Part shown: piece by piece, positions 55,285 through 64,000 of the stretch | Numbering within the stretch: the first letter of the stretch is position 1 | Layout: every line of letters begins with the position of its first letter | Assembly: GCF_964355755.1 (NCBI RefSeq) | Contig: NC_092675.1 | Span: 14,108,912 to 14,172,911 of the forward strand | Direction of reading: 5' to 3' | Source of the DNA: Antedon mediterranea | Lineage: Eukaryota > Animalia > Echinodermata | Length of the DNA: 64,000 bases | Translations under genes and position numbers: made by a program | Notes under the pieces: model-generated | The model's input: the letters and a program-made list of their open reading frames with translations, nothing else | What the model was told of the DNA's origin: nothing | Database searches by the model: none

Positions 55285-58086
55285 ATGGAGTTTGAGGCTG
55301 AAAAATACCTTGCAGAGTGTGTTTCCTGGGAAAAATTTAATACGTTAAAAAAGCCAGATTTGTTGGCGTTGGGAAGGTATTTTGATCTGCATTTAAAACA
55401 GTCTACGAGAAAACAAGTTGTTAAAAATAAATTAATTGAAACCCTTGTAAGAGAAGAATACTTAGAAGAATCATGTTTAAAGGAAGTGATTGTGGTTGAG
55501 GAAGTAGAGAGTGAAGCTGTAAAATTAAAAGAATTAGAGTTACAAATGGCTAAGATGGAAATTGATAAAGAGAGAATGATGATGGAAATGGAAATGGAGA
55601 GGGCAAAGCAAAAAGCAGATGTAGAGTTAGAGCTTGCGAAGTTGCAGTACCAAATTGAAAGAGACATTATTGAGAGAGAGAGAGAAGGAAAAGTAAATGT
55701 TGCTAGTGCGCCTAATGCTTTCGATGCGTCTAAACACATTAGGCTTGTTCCAAAATTTCAGGAAACCGAAGTTGATGAATATTTTCAACACTTTGAAAAA
55801 ATTGCGTACAGTATGAAGTGGCCGACAGAAAAGTGGACCCTTCTGTTACAGAGTGTTTTCATAGGGAAAGCACGTGAAATTTATTCGGCTCTACCCCTTC
55901 ATGAATGTAGTGATTATGAAATAGTGAAGAAAGCAGTGCTCAGTGCTTACGAACTTGTGCCAGAAGCTTATCGACAAAGATTTAGAAATGCGAGGATACA
56001 GTGTGAACAAACGCATGTGGAGTTTGCCAGAGTTAAAGAGCAAATGTTTGATAGATGGGTTAGTTCTAAAGATGTAGAATTGAATTATGATAATTTAAAG
56101 CAAATGATGTTAATAGAAGAATTTAAAAGGTGCATTCATGTTGATATTAAAATTCACCTTGATGAACGTAAAATTGATACATTGAAAGACGCAGCAGTAT
56201 ATGCCGATGACTATGCATTGACTCATAAATTAAGTGCGATAAACATAAATAATCCTAACCATGAGGATAAACCACGAGATTACAAACGGGTATCTGATAC
56301 TAAGAGACAGAGTCCGTTTAAGAGTAAGCGTTGGGATAAGCCTAAGGTATTAACATGTTACCATTGCAAAAAACCAGGACATGTTATGTCTCAATGTTAT
56401 TTTCTCAAACGTAACTCAAGTAACAAATCTTCTCTTCCAGTAGGATGTGCTACATTAAAAGGGGACACCAACAACATTTCAAAAGTAAATAAGCAAATTG
56501 AATGTAATAAAACTAATGAAAATTTTGCACCATTTATGTCAGAGGCACGGGTATCGCTAAAAGGTGATGATTGCTTTAAACGCATTAGGGTCATGCGAGA
56601 TACATGCTGTGCCCAATCTATGATGTTGGAAGGAGCTCTTTCTTTCGGTAAATGTAGTTCTACGAGTATGACCGCGTTAATTCGAGGTGTGGGGATGAAT
56701 GTTATTAATGTCCCGTTACACAAAGTAATAATTGATTCTGAATTAGTTAAAGGGGAAGCGATAATAGGTGTTGTACCGGAGCTTCCAGTAGAGGGAATTG
56801 ATATGCTTTTGGGTAATGATTTGGCTGGCGGTAGGGTGTTACCTGAATTAATGATTAACGATAATTTGACTCGCACACTACAAGAGTCTAATGTGCTATG
56901 TGAAACTGGTACGCCCGACAATGATTGGGAATACCCCGCCTGCGCTGTAACACGTGCAATGACACAGAAAATTGAAGATAGAATGTCCGATAACGATGGA
57001 TTAGATTTAGAGGGAACATTCATGTCAAATCTAGAATGTTATAACCCAGGTGAAGATATCAAAAAGACAAAGTGCGACACTTCCTTAAATGTAGGGTCAG
57101 GTGAACCCAAAAGTAGAAAAAGAGAGCCTTTAAGTACAGAAATGTTGATCAAGGAACAAGAAGATGATTCATTTATACAGAAATTGGGGTCTAGGGTGTT
57201 ACCTAAGGAGGAGGCGGCAAAACTACCGGTCTGCTTCTATAAAGAAAATAACGTTGTTATGAGAAAATGGAGGCCACGTCATGCACAGGTACATGATGTG
57301 TGGGCTGTGGTACATCAAATTGTAGTCCCGAAAGTCTATCACGACGATGTAATAGGCATAGCCCATGACAACTCTATGTCAGGGCACTTGGGTGTTAGAA
57401 AAACACATGATAAAATTATTCAACATTTCTGGTGGCCATCTCTTAAAAAGGAAGTATCACGCTATTGCCGTTTGTGCCACATATGCCAGGTTGTGGGAAA
57501 GCCAAATAAGAAAATTCCGGTAGCACCGCTTAAGCCAATACCCGCTTTTGGGGAACCATTCAGCAAAGTTATGATAGATTGCGTTGGTCCATTGCCAAAA
57601 ACAAAGTCCGGAAATCAATATCTCCTTACTATTATGTGCTGCTCTACGCGTTTTCCCGAAGCAGTCCCACTTAGAAATATTAAGGCAGCAACGGTAGTCA
57701 AAGCTTTAATTAAATTCTTCACATTAGTTGGTTTGCCTACATCAATTCAATCTGACCAGGGCACTAATTTTAAATCAGGGTTATTCCAACAAATTATGTT
57801 ACAATTGGGCATAGAGCAATCAACATCTAGTGCGTATCACCCAGAGTCTCAAGGTGCTATAGAAAGATTTCACCAAACGTTAAAAAACATGTTAAGGGCA
57901 TATTGTGTAGAGTTTCAAAGGGAATGGGACGAAGGGGTACATTTAGTTCTTTTTGCAGCCAGAGAATCTGTACAAGAAACATTAGGTTTCAGCCCATTTC
58001 AGTTGGTCTTCGGTCACTCCATGCGGGGACCATTAAAAACTGAATTATTCAGTTGGTCTTCGGTCACTCCATGCGGGGACCATTAA
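55285..58086 (+). CDS. gag-pol: Gag-protease-integrase part of the polyprotein, frameshifted and truncated at a 50-bp duplication
   Basis: The first ATG is at 55285 (ATAATGG). It encodes a coiled coil, a capsid/SCAN-like region, the zinc knuckle CYHCKKPGHVMSQC (56356-56397), the protease motif RDTCCAQS (D at 56599) with LLGNDL, an integrase HHCC (HDNSMSGH...CRLCHIC), and catalytic D (57577), D (57754) and E (57862) with 35-residue D-E spacing. Confidence 0.92.
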   Translation: MEFEAEKYLAECVSWEKFNTLKKPDLLALGRYFDLHLKQSTRKQVVKNKLIETLVREEYLEESCLKEVIVVEEVESEAVKLKELELQMAKMEIDKERMMMEMEMERAKQKADVELELAKLQYQIERDIIEREREGKVNVASAPNAFDASKHIRLVPKFQETEVDEYFQHFEKIAYSMKWPTEKWTLLLQSVFIGKAREIYSALPLHECSDYEIVKKAVLSAYELVPEAYRQRFRNARIQCEQTHVEFARVKEQMFDRWVSSKDVELNYDNLKQMMLIEEFKRCIHVDIKIHLDERKIDTLKDAAVYADDYALTHKLSAININNPNHEDKPRDYKRVSDTKRQSPFKSKRWDKPKVLTCYHCKKPGHVMSQCYFLKRNSSNKSSLPVGCATLKGDTNNISKVNKQIECNKTNENFAPFMSEARVSLKGDDCFKRIRVMRDTCCAQSMMLEGALSFGKCSSTSMTALIRGVGMNVINVPLHKVIIDSELVKGEAIIGVVPELPVEGIDMLLGNDLAGGRVLPELMINDNLTRTLQESNVLCETGTPDNDWEYPACAVTRAMTQKIEDRMSDNDGLDLEGTFMSNLECYNPGEDIKKTKCDTSLNVGSGEPKSRKREPLSTEMLIKEQEDDSFIQKLGSRVLPKEEAAKLPVCFYKENNVVMRKWRPRHAQVHDVWAVVHQIVVPKVYHDDVIGIAHDNSMSGHLGVRKTHDKIIQHFWWPSLKKEVSRYCRLCHICQVVGKPNKKIPVAPLKPIPAFGEPFSKVMIDCVGPLPKTKSGNQYLLTIMCCSTRFPEAVPLRNIKAATVVKALIKFFTLVGLPTSIQSDQGTNFKSGLFQQIMLQLGIEQSTSSAYHPESQGAIERFHQTLKNMLRAYCVEFQREWDEGVHLVLFAARESVQETLGFSPFQLVFGHSMRGPLKTELFSWSSVTPCGDH

Positions 58087-58088
58087 AA
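57998..58088 (+). repeat. 41-bp direct duplication separated by a 9-bp filler (net +50 bp) that causes the frameshift
   Basis: TTCAGTTGGTCTTCGGTCACTCCATGCGGGGACCATTAAAA occurs at 57998-58038 and 58048-58088, with ACTGAATTA between. Confidence 0.95.
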
Positions 58089-59972
58089 TTGCTGAAAGAT
58101 AAGTGGCTCCAGGGAGAACTAAATAAGGTAAATTTATTGGATTATGTATGTGACTTTAGGCATAAACTTAACAGGGCGACCGTCATTGCTAAAGCAAATT
58201 TAGTAAAAGCACAAACTAAGATGAAAACTTGGTATGATAAAAATGCAAAAAGCAGGGTTTTTAAACCTGGGGACAAGGTTCTGGCGTTGTTTCCCATTCA
58301 GGGGAGCCCAATGCAAGCGCGATTTCACGGTCCATACGAAATCGACTCAAAAATAAATGATCTAAATTATGTCATAAAGACACCAGGGAGACGGAAGAGT
58401 AGACAATTATGTCACATTAATATGCTTAAAAAATATGCCGAACATGTTTCTAGCGATGTAAAACCAAATTGTGCGGCTGTAGCTTGTAACAATGACGGTG
58501 GCTCTCACAATGATTTAAAAGAAAAGGGCAAGGAATATGATTTAAAACTAAGCAACTCTGATGTAATGAACAATTTACAACAAAAGTTAACTCATTTATC
58601 AATAGAACAACAGAGTCAATTGAGTACACTTGTGAATAAATGGAACGGTATCTTTTCTGACACCCCTAGTGTAACAAATGCTGCAATCCATGATATCATT
58701 GTTGGGGATACACAACCTATTAAGCAACATCCTTACAGGGTGAATCCAATTAAAATGAAGTATCTCCATAAGGAAATTGAATATATGTTAAAAAATAGTA
58801 TAATTGAGCTTAGTAAAAGCGACTGGAGTTCGCCATGCATGCTTGTTCCCAAGTCTGATGGTTCATATAGACTCGTGGCGGATATGCGAGCAGTTAATCG
58901 TTGTTCAAAAACAGACTCGTATCCAATTCCGAGAATTGAAGATTTAATAGATAAGGTGGGGAACGCAAAATTTGTTAGTAAATTTGACCTTTTAAAAGGC
59001 TACTGGCAAGTGCCACTAACGCCGCGCGCCCAGGAAATTTCTGCGTTCTGTACCCCGTTCGGGCTTTATCAATACAGGGTGATGCCGTTTGGCCTTAAGA
59101 ATGCGCCCGCGACATTTCAACGAATGGTAAATCGACTTGTAGCTAACGTAGAAGGCTGCGAGGCGTATGTTGATGACCTGATTGTATACAGTCAAACTTG
59201 GGAGCAACACATGCAACAGTTAAATGAAATGTTTAAAGCTTTGTCACAAGCAAACCTAACTGTAAACTTAAGTAAGAGTGAATTCTGTCATGCTACGGTT
59301 ACGTATCTTGGTCATGTTGTGGGGCAGGGAAGGGTTAGACCCATCAGGGCTAAGGTTGAGAGTATTTATCGGTACCCAGCACCCACAAACAAAAAATCGT
59401 TGATGAGGTTTTTAGGGATGGTGGGGTACTATCGGAAGTTTTGTCCCAATTTTTCTAGCGTAGCAGGTCCTCTTACAGAATTGCTTAAGAAGAATGTAAA
59501 ATTTAAGTGGTCGGATATATGTGAAAGTGCCTTTAGGAAAATTAAGTCTATGCTAATGTGTGAACCAATCCTTATAGCACCGGATTTTAAGAAACAATTC
59601 CGTTTGTATGTAGACGCCTGTGATGTGGGGATTGGTAGCGTTCTCATGCAGAAGAACGTTGATGGGATAGAATGTCCCGTATGTTATTTTTCTAGAAAAT
59701 TAAGTAAACACCAAATGAATTATTCGACTATTGAGAAAGAATGTCTGGCACTATTGGAGTCGTTAACGCATTTTGATGTATATCTAAGCACTACCGTAGA
59801 CCCAATACTTGTGTTCACTGACCACAACCCACTTACCTTTATTTATAAAATGCGAAATAGAAATCAGCGGTTGCTGAGGTGGGGACTAACTTTACAAGAA
59901 TACAATGTTGAGATTAAGCATGTTAAAGGAAAGGAAAATGTGATTGCCGACGCTCTGTCTCGTGGGGTGTGA
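58053..59972 (+). CDS. pol: Integrase C-terminus (GPY/F, SH3-like), reverse transcriptase and RNase H; continuation of the polyprotein in a shifted frame
   Basis: Integrase C-terminal motifs are FKPGDKV...FHGPY...HINMLK. RT motifs are WSSP, DLLKGYWQ, MPFGLKNAPATFQR and YVDD (59166-59177). RNase H motifs are LYVDAC, EKECLA, TDH and ADALSR. There is no true start: the listed start is a TTG inside the duplicated segment. Confidence 0.93.
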   Translation: MVFGHSMRGPLKLLKDKWLQGELNKVNLLDYVCDFRHKLNRATVIAKANLVKAQTKMKTWYDKNAKSRVFKPGDKVLALFPIQGSPMQARFHGPYEIDSKINDLNYVIKTPGRRKSRQLCHINMLKKYAEHVSSDVKPNCAAVACNNDGGSHNDLKEKGKEYDLKLSNSDVMNNLQQKLTHLSIEQQSQLSTLVNKWNGIFSDTPSVTNAAIHDIIVGDTQPIKQHPYRVNPIKMKYLHKEIEYMLKNSIIELSKSDWSSPCMLVPKSDGSYRLVADMRAVNRCSKTDSYPIPRIEDLIDKVGNAKFVSKFDLLKGYWQVPLTPRAQEISAFCTPFGLYQYRVMPFGLKNAPATFQRMVNRLVANVEGCEAYVDDLIVYSQTWEQHMQQLNEMFKALSQANLTVNLSKSEFCHATVTYLGHVVGQGRVRPIRAKVESIYRYPAPTNKKSLMRFLGMVGYYRKFCPNFSSVAGPLTELLKKNVKFKWSDICESAFRKIKSMLMCEPILIAPDFKKQFRLYVDACDVGIGSVLMQKNVDGIECPVCYFSRKLSKHQMNYSTIEKECLALLESLTHFDVYLSTTVDPILVFTDHNPLTFIYKMRNRNQRLLRWGLTLQEYNVEIKHVKGKENVIADALSRGV

Positions 59973-59974
59973 AC

Positions 59975-60099
59975 AATATAAATATTATGAATGTAATGCA
60001 AATGAATATAAATATTATGAATGTAATGCAAATGAATATAAATATTATGAATGTAATGCAAATGAATATAAATATTATGAATGTAATGCAAATGAATAT
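59975..60099 (+). repeat. 30-bp perfect tandem repeat (about 4.2 copies) in the element 3'UTR
   Basis: The unit AATATAAATATTATGAATGTAATGCAAATG starts at 59975, 60005, 60035 and 60065. Confidence 0.96.
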
Positions 60100-60379
60100 G
60101 GATGTGTAAAATTAAGAATAATGTATGTATACTTGTGTGAAAAAAAAAAAATAGTAAATAATACAAGTTAAAATAGTGATATGTAGCCCTAAGGTAAAGA
60201 AAAGTAGGAAATGTAATAAAAATGGAAGTGTTAAAAAAAAAAAAAAAAAATAGATGAATAAAATGAAAATATATGATGTAATGTGAAATTGAAATTGTGT
60301 AATAAATTAGAGATGTTTTTGTAAATATCAGTGGTTGGTGAGGAGGCACCAAAAGTTTTCCTGACGAAAAACTAACTTT

Positions 60380-60390
60380 AAGGGGGAGAG
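60380..60390 (+). promoter_or_regulatory. Polypurine tract (plus-strand primer)
   Basis: AAGGGGGAGAG abuts the TG of the 3' LTR. Confidence 0.92.
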
Positions 60391-60833
60391 TGTTACGTGT
60401 GACGAGAGTCAGGTGTCACATGTCGCATGCAAATGAATCAAGTCGTCGGTGGTCAAGTGGACGAATCAGAATGGAGCATGGTGGTGCGCGGTATTTTGGA
60501 AAGCTGTGCTGGGTGTGTGTTACAAAGAGGGGAGTGACTCAAGAGACAGGGCCAGCTAAGGACGCTTGCGGTTAGAACTGTGCTTGATACTGGAAGCAAG
60601 GCAGGACGATAAGAATAAGAAGGTTGTGATGTGTACAGATGGCCAGGCAAACCAACCACTTGGTATCATACGTATCTATAATTGTGTTGTTATGTATTTT
60701 GTGCTTCGTGAAAGGAAATAAATGGAGCTCGTGCTCTTTGCATAATACTCTGAGTGTCGACTATTGTTTGTTCCAAGCCTCGTTGTTGCTATTTATTTAG
60801 GTATTTCGGCCTAGGCCAAAAGTGGTCGTAACA
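60391..60833 (+). repeat. 3' LTR (443 bp)
   Basis: Direct repeat of 54734-55176, immediately preceded by the polypurine tract. Confidence 0.97.
60717..60722 (+). terminator. Candidate polyadenylation signal AATAAA in the 3' LTR (copy at 55060-55065)
   Basis: AATAAA lies in the 3' half of the LTR and is followed by GT-rich sequence (TATTGTTTGTT, GTTGTTG). Confidence 0.6.
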
Positions 60834-60837
60834 ACAT
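60834..60837 (+). other. Right target-site duplication ACAT
   Basis: Copy of 54730-54733 immediately after the LTR-terminal CA. Confidence 0.9.
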
Positions 60838-63800
60838 AAAAACACCAAAGTGCTTAGAATAGCTTCAAATCGTATTTGGAGACGTTTTAGACCATTTTGA
60901 GATTTTCGAAAAAACTTGGTTACACAAAAACATCAAAGTGCTTAAAATCACATTATAAACCGTTTTAGACCATTTTGAACATTTCGATAACACTTTTCAC
61001 ACAAAAACATCAAAGAGCACAAAATAGCTTAATATCGTATTTAAAAACGTTTTAGACCATTTTGAGCATTTCGACAAAACTTTTTCACACAAAACACCAA
61101 AGTGCTTAGAATAGCTTCAAATCGCATTTGGAGACGTTTTAGACCATTTTGTGCATTTCGATGAAACTTGGTTACACAAAAACATCAAAGTGCTTAAAAT
61201 CACATTATAAATCGTTTTAGACCATTTTGAGCATTTCGACAAAACTTTTTCACACAAAATATCAAAGGGCTTAGAATAGCTTCAAATCGCATTTGGAGAC
61301 GTTTTAGACCATTTTGTGATTTTCGAAAAAACTTGTTAACATAAAAACACGAAAGTGCTTAGAATAGCTTCAAATCGCATTTGGAAACGTTTTAGACCAT
61401 TTTGTGATTTTCGAAAAAAATTGTTAACATAAAAACACCAAAGTGCTTAGAATCACATTATAAACCGTTTTAGACCATTTTGAGCATTTCGATAACAATT
61501 TTCACACAAAAACATCAAAGAGCACAAAATAGCTTAATATCGTATTTAAAAATGTTTTAGACCATTTTGAGCATTTAGATAAAACTTTTTCACACAAAAC
61601 ACCAAAGTGCTTAGAATAGCTTCAAATCGCATTTGGAGACGTTTTAGACCATTTTGTGATTTTTGAAAAAACTTGTTAACATAAAAAAACCAAAGTGCTT
61701 AGAATAGCTTCAAATCACATTTGGAGACGTTTTAGACCATTTTGTGATTTTCGAAAAAACTTGTTAACATAAAAACACGAAAGTGCTTAGAATAGCTTCA
61801 AATCGCATTTGGAAACGTTTTAGACCATTTTGTGATTTTCGAAAAAGATTGTTAACATAAAAACACCAAAGTGCTTAGAATCACAATATAAACCGTTTTA
61901 GACCATTTTGAGCATTTCGATAACAATTTTCACACAAAAACATCAAAGAGCACAAAATAGCTTAATATCGTATTTAAAAATGTTTTAGACCATTTTGAGC
62001 ATTTAGATAAAACTTTTTCACACAAAACACCAAAGTGCTTAGAATAGCTTCAAATCGCATTTGGAGAAGGTTTAGACCATTTTGTGATTTTGAAAAAACT
62101 TGTTAACATAAAAACACCAAAGTGCTTAGAATAGCTTCAAATCGCATTTGGAGACGTTTTAGACCATTTTGTGATTTTCGAAAAAACTTGTTAACATAAA
62201 AACACCAAAGTGCTTAGAATAGCTTCAAATCGTATTTGGAGACGTTTTAGACCATTTTGAGATTTTCGAAAAAACTTGGTTACACAAAAACATCAAAGTG
62301 CTTAAAATCACATTATAAACCGTTTTAGACCATTTTGAACATTTCGATAACACTTTTCACACAAAAACATCAAAGAGCACAAAATAGCTTAATATCGTAT
62401 TTAAAAACGTTTTAGACCATTTTGAGCATTTTGACAAAACTTTTTCACACAAAACACCAAAGTGCTTAGAATAGCTTCAAATCGCATTTGGAGACGTTTT
62501 AGACCAATTTGTGCATTTCGATGAAACTTGATTACACAAAAACATCAACGTGCTTAAAATCACATTATAAACCGTTTTAGACCATTTTGAGCATTTCGAT
62601 AACACTTTTCACACAAAAACATCAAAGAGCACAAAATAGCTTAATATCGTATTTAAAAACGTTTTAGACCATTTTGAGCATTTAGACAAAACTTTTTCAC
62701 ACAAAACACCAAAGTGCTTAGAATAGCTTCAAATCGCATTTGGAGACGTTTTAGACCATTTTGTGCATTTCGATGAAACTTGGTTACACAAAAACATCAA
62801 AGTGCTTAAAATCACATTATAAATCGTTTTAGACCATTTTGAGCATTTCGACAAAACTTTTTCACACAAAATACCAAAGGGCTTAGAATAGCTTCAAATC
62901 GCATTTGGAGACGTTTTAGACCATTTTGTGATTTTCGAAAAAACTTTTTAACATAAAAACACCAAAGTGCTTAGAATAGCTTCAAATCACATTTGGAGAC
63001 GTTTTAGACCATTTTGTGATTTTCGAAAAAACTTGTTAACATAAAAACACCAAAGTGCTTAGAATAGCTTCAAATCGCATTTGGAAACGTTTTAGACCAT
63101 TTTGTGATTTTCGAAAAAAATTGTTAACATAAAAACACCAAAGTGCTTAGAATCACATTATAAACCGTTTTAGACCATTTTGAGCATTTCGATAACAATT
63201 TTCACACAAAAACATCAAAGAGCACAAAATAGCTTAATATCGTATTTAAAAATGTTTTAGACCATTTTGAGCATTTAGATAAAACTTTTTCACACAAAAC
63301 ACCAAAGTGCTTAGAATAGCTTCAAATCGCATTTGGAGACGTTTTAGACCATTTTGTGATTTTTGAAAAAACTTGTTAACATAAAAACTCCAAAGTGCTT
63401 AGAATAGCTTCAAATCACATTTGGAGATGTTTTAGACCATTTTGTGATTTTTGAAAAAACTTGTTAACATAAAAACACGAAAGTGCTTAGAATAGCTTCA
63501 AATCACATTTGGAGACGTTTTAGACCATTTTGTGATTTTTGAAAAAACTTGTTAACATAAAAACACGAAAGTGCTTAGAATAGCTTCAAATCGCATTTGG
63601 AAACGTTTTAGACCATTTTGTGATTTTCGAAAAAGATTGTTAACATAAAAACACCAATGTGCTTAGAATCACATTATAAACCGTTTTAGACCATTTTGAG
63701 CATTTCGATAACAATTTTCACACAAAAACATCAAAGAGCACAAAATAGCTTAATATCGTATTTAAAAATGTTTTAGACCATTTTGAGCATTTAGATAAAA

Positions 63801-64000
63801 CTTTTTCACACAAAACACCAAAGTGCTTAGAATAGCTTCAAATCGCATTTGGAGACGGTTTAGACCATTTTGTGATTTTGAAAAAACTTGTTAACATAAA
63901 AACACCAAAGTGCTTAGAATAGCTTCAAATCGCATTTGGAGACGTTTTAGACCATTTTGTGATTTTCGAAAAAACTTGGTAACATAAAAACACCAAAGTG
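60834..64000. repeat. Same satellite array resuming in phase after the retrotransposon
   Basis: It begins ACATAAAAACACCAAAGTGC directly after the 3' LTR and completes the monomer interrupted at 54733. Confidence 0.98.

Larger units (their letters stand above)
54734..60833 (+). mobile_element. Full-length Ty3/Gypsy LTR retrotransposon, Gmr1-like (gag-PR-INT-RT-RH order), 6100 bp
   Basis: It has paired LTRs with TG...CA ends, an ACAT TSD, PBS and PPT. Gypsy-type RT and RNase H motifs lie downstream of an HHCC/DD35E/GPY integrase. Confidence 0.95.

Noticed and set aside
55140-57023. Antisense ORFs of 199 aa and 208 aa (also 59016-, 59429-)
   Set aside because: They are shadow frames of the gag-pol coding strand with no domain signal.
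58030-58090. Programmed ribosomal frameshift between the two ORFs
   Set aside because: The overlap is fully explained by the 50-bp duplication and falls inside integrase, not at the gag/pol boundary.
57364-59972. Ty1/Copia assignment based on INT-before-RT order
   Set aside because: The RT, RNase H and GPY/F integrase motifs are Gypsy-type (MPFGLKNAPATFQR, TDH, ADALSR), consistent with a Gmr1-like element.
59864-60352. Possible env or extra ORF after pol (59944+ 75 aa; 59864- 162 aa)
   Set aside because: These are translations of the 30-bp repeat and A-tracts. There is no signal peptide or fusion-protein architecture and the region is only ~420 bp.

Overview
This is eukaryotic (probably animal) satellite DNA. 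About 90% of the window (1-54733 and 60834-64000) is one uninterrupted, single-orientation, AT-rich tandem array of ~88-bp monomers with 78- and 87-bp variants. The monomers form variable higher-order units and nested kb-scale duplications, as in centromeric or pericentromeric arrays. The array is interrupted once by a full-length 6.1-kb Ty3/Gypsy LTR retrotransposon (54734-60833) of the Gmr1-like type, with integrase placed before RT. It has two 443-bp LTRs that look identical, a 4-bp ACAT target-site duplication, a tRNA-Pro PBS and a PPT. Its single gag-pol frame is broken by a 50-bp duplication containing a fold-back filler, and the protease motif reads DTC instead of DTG. A 4x30-bp 3'UTR repeat carries the same ATGCAAATGAAT octamer motif found in the LTR. 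All short ORFs in the satellite are artefacts. All comparisons were made by eye, without alignment tools.
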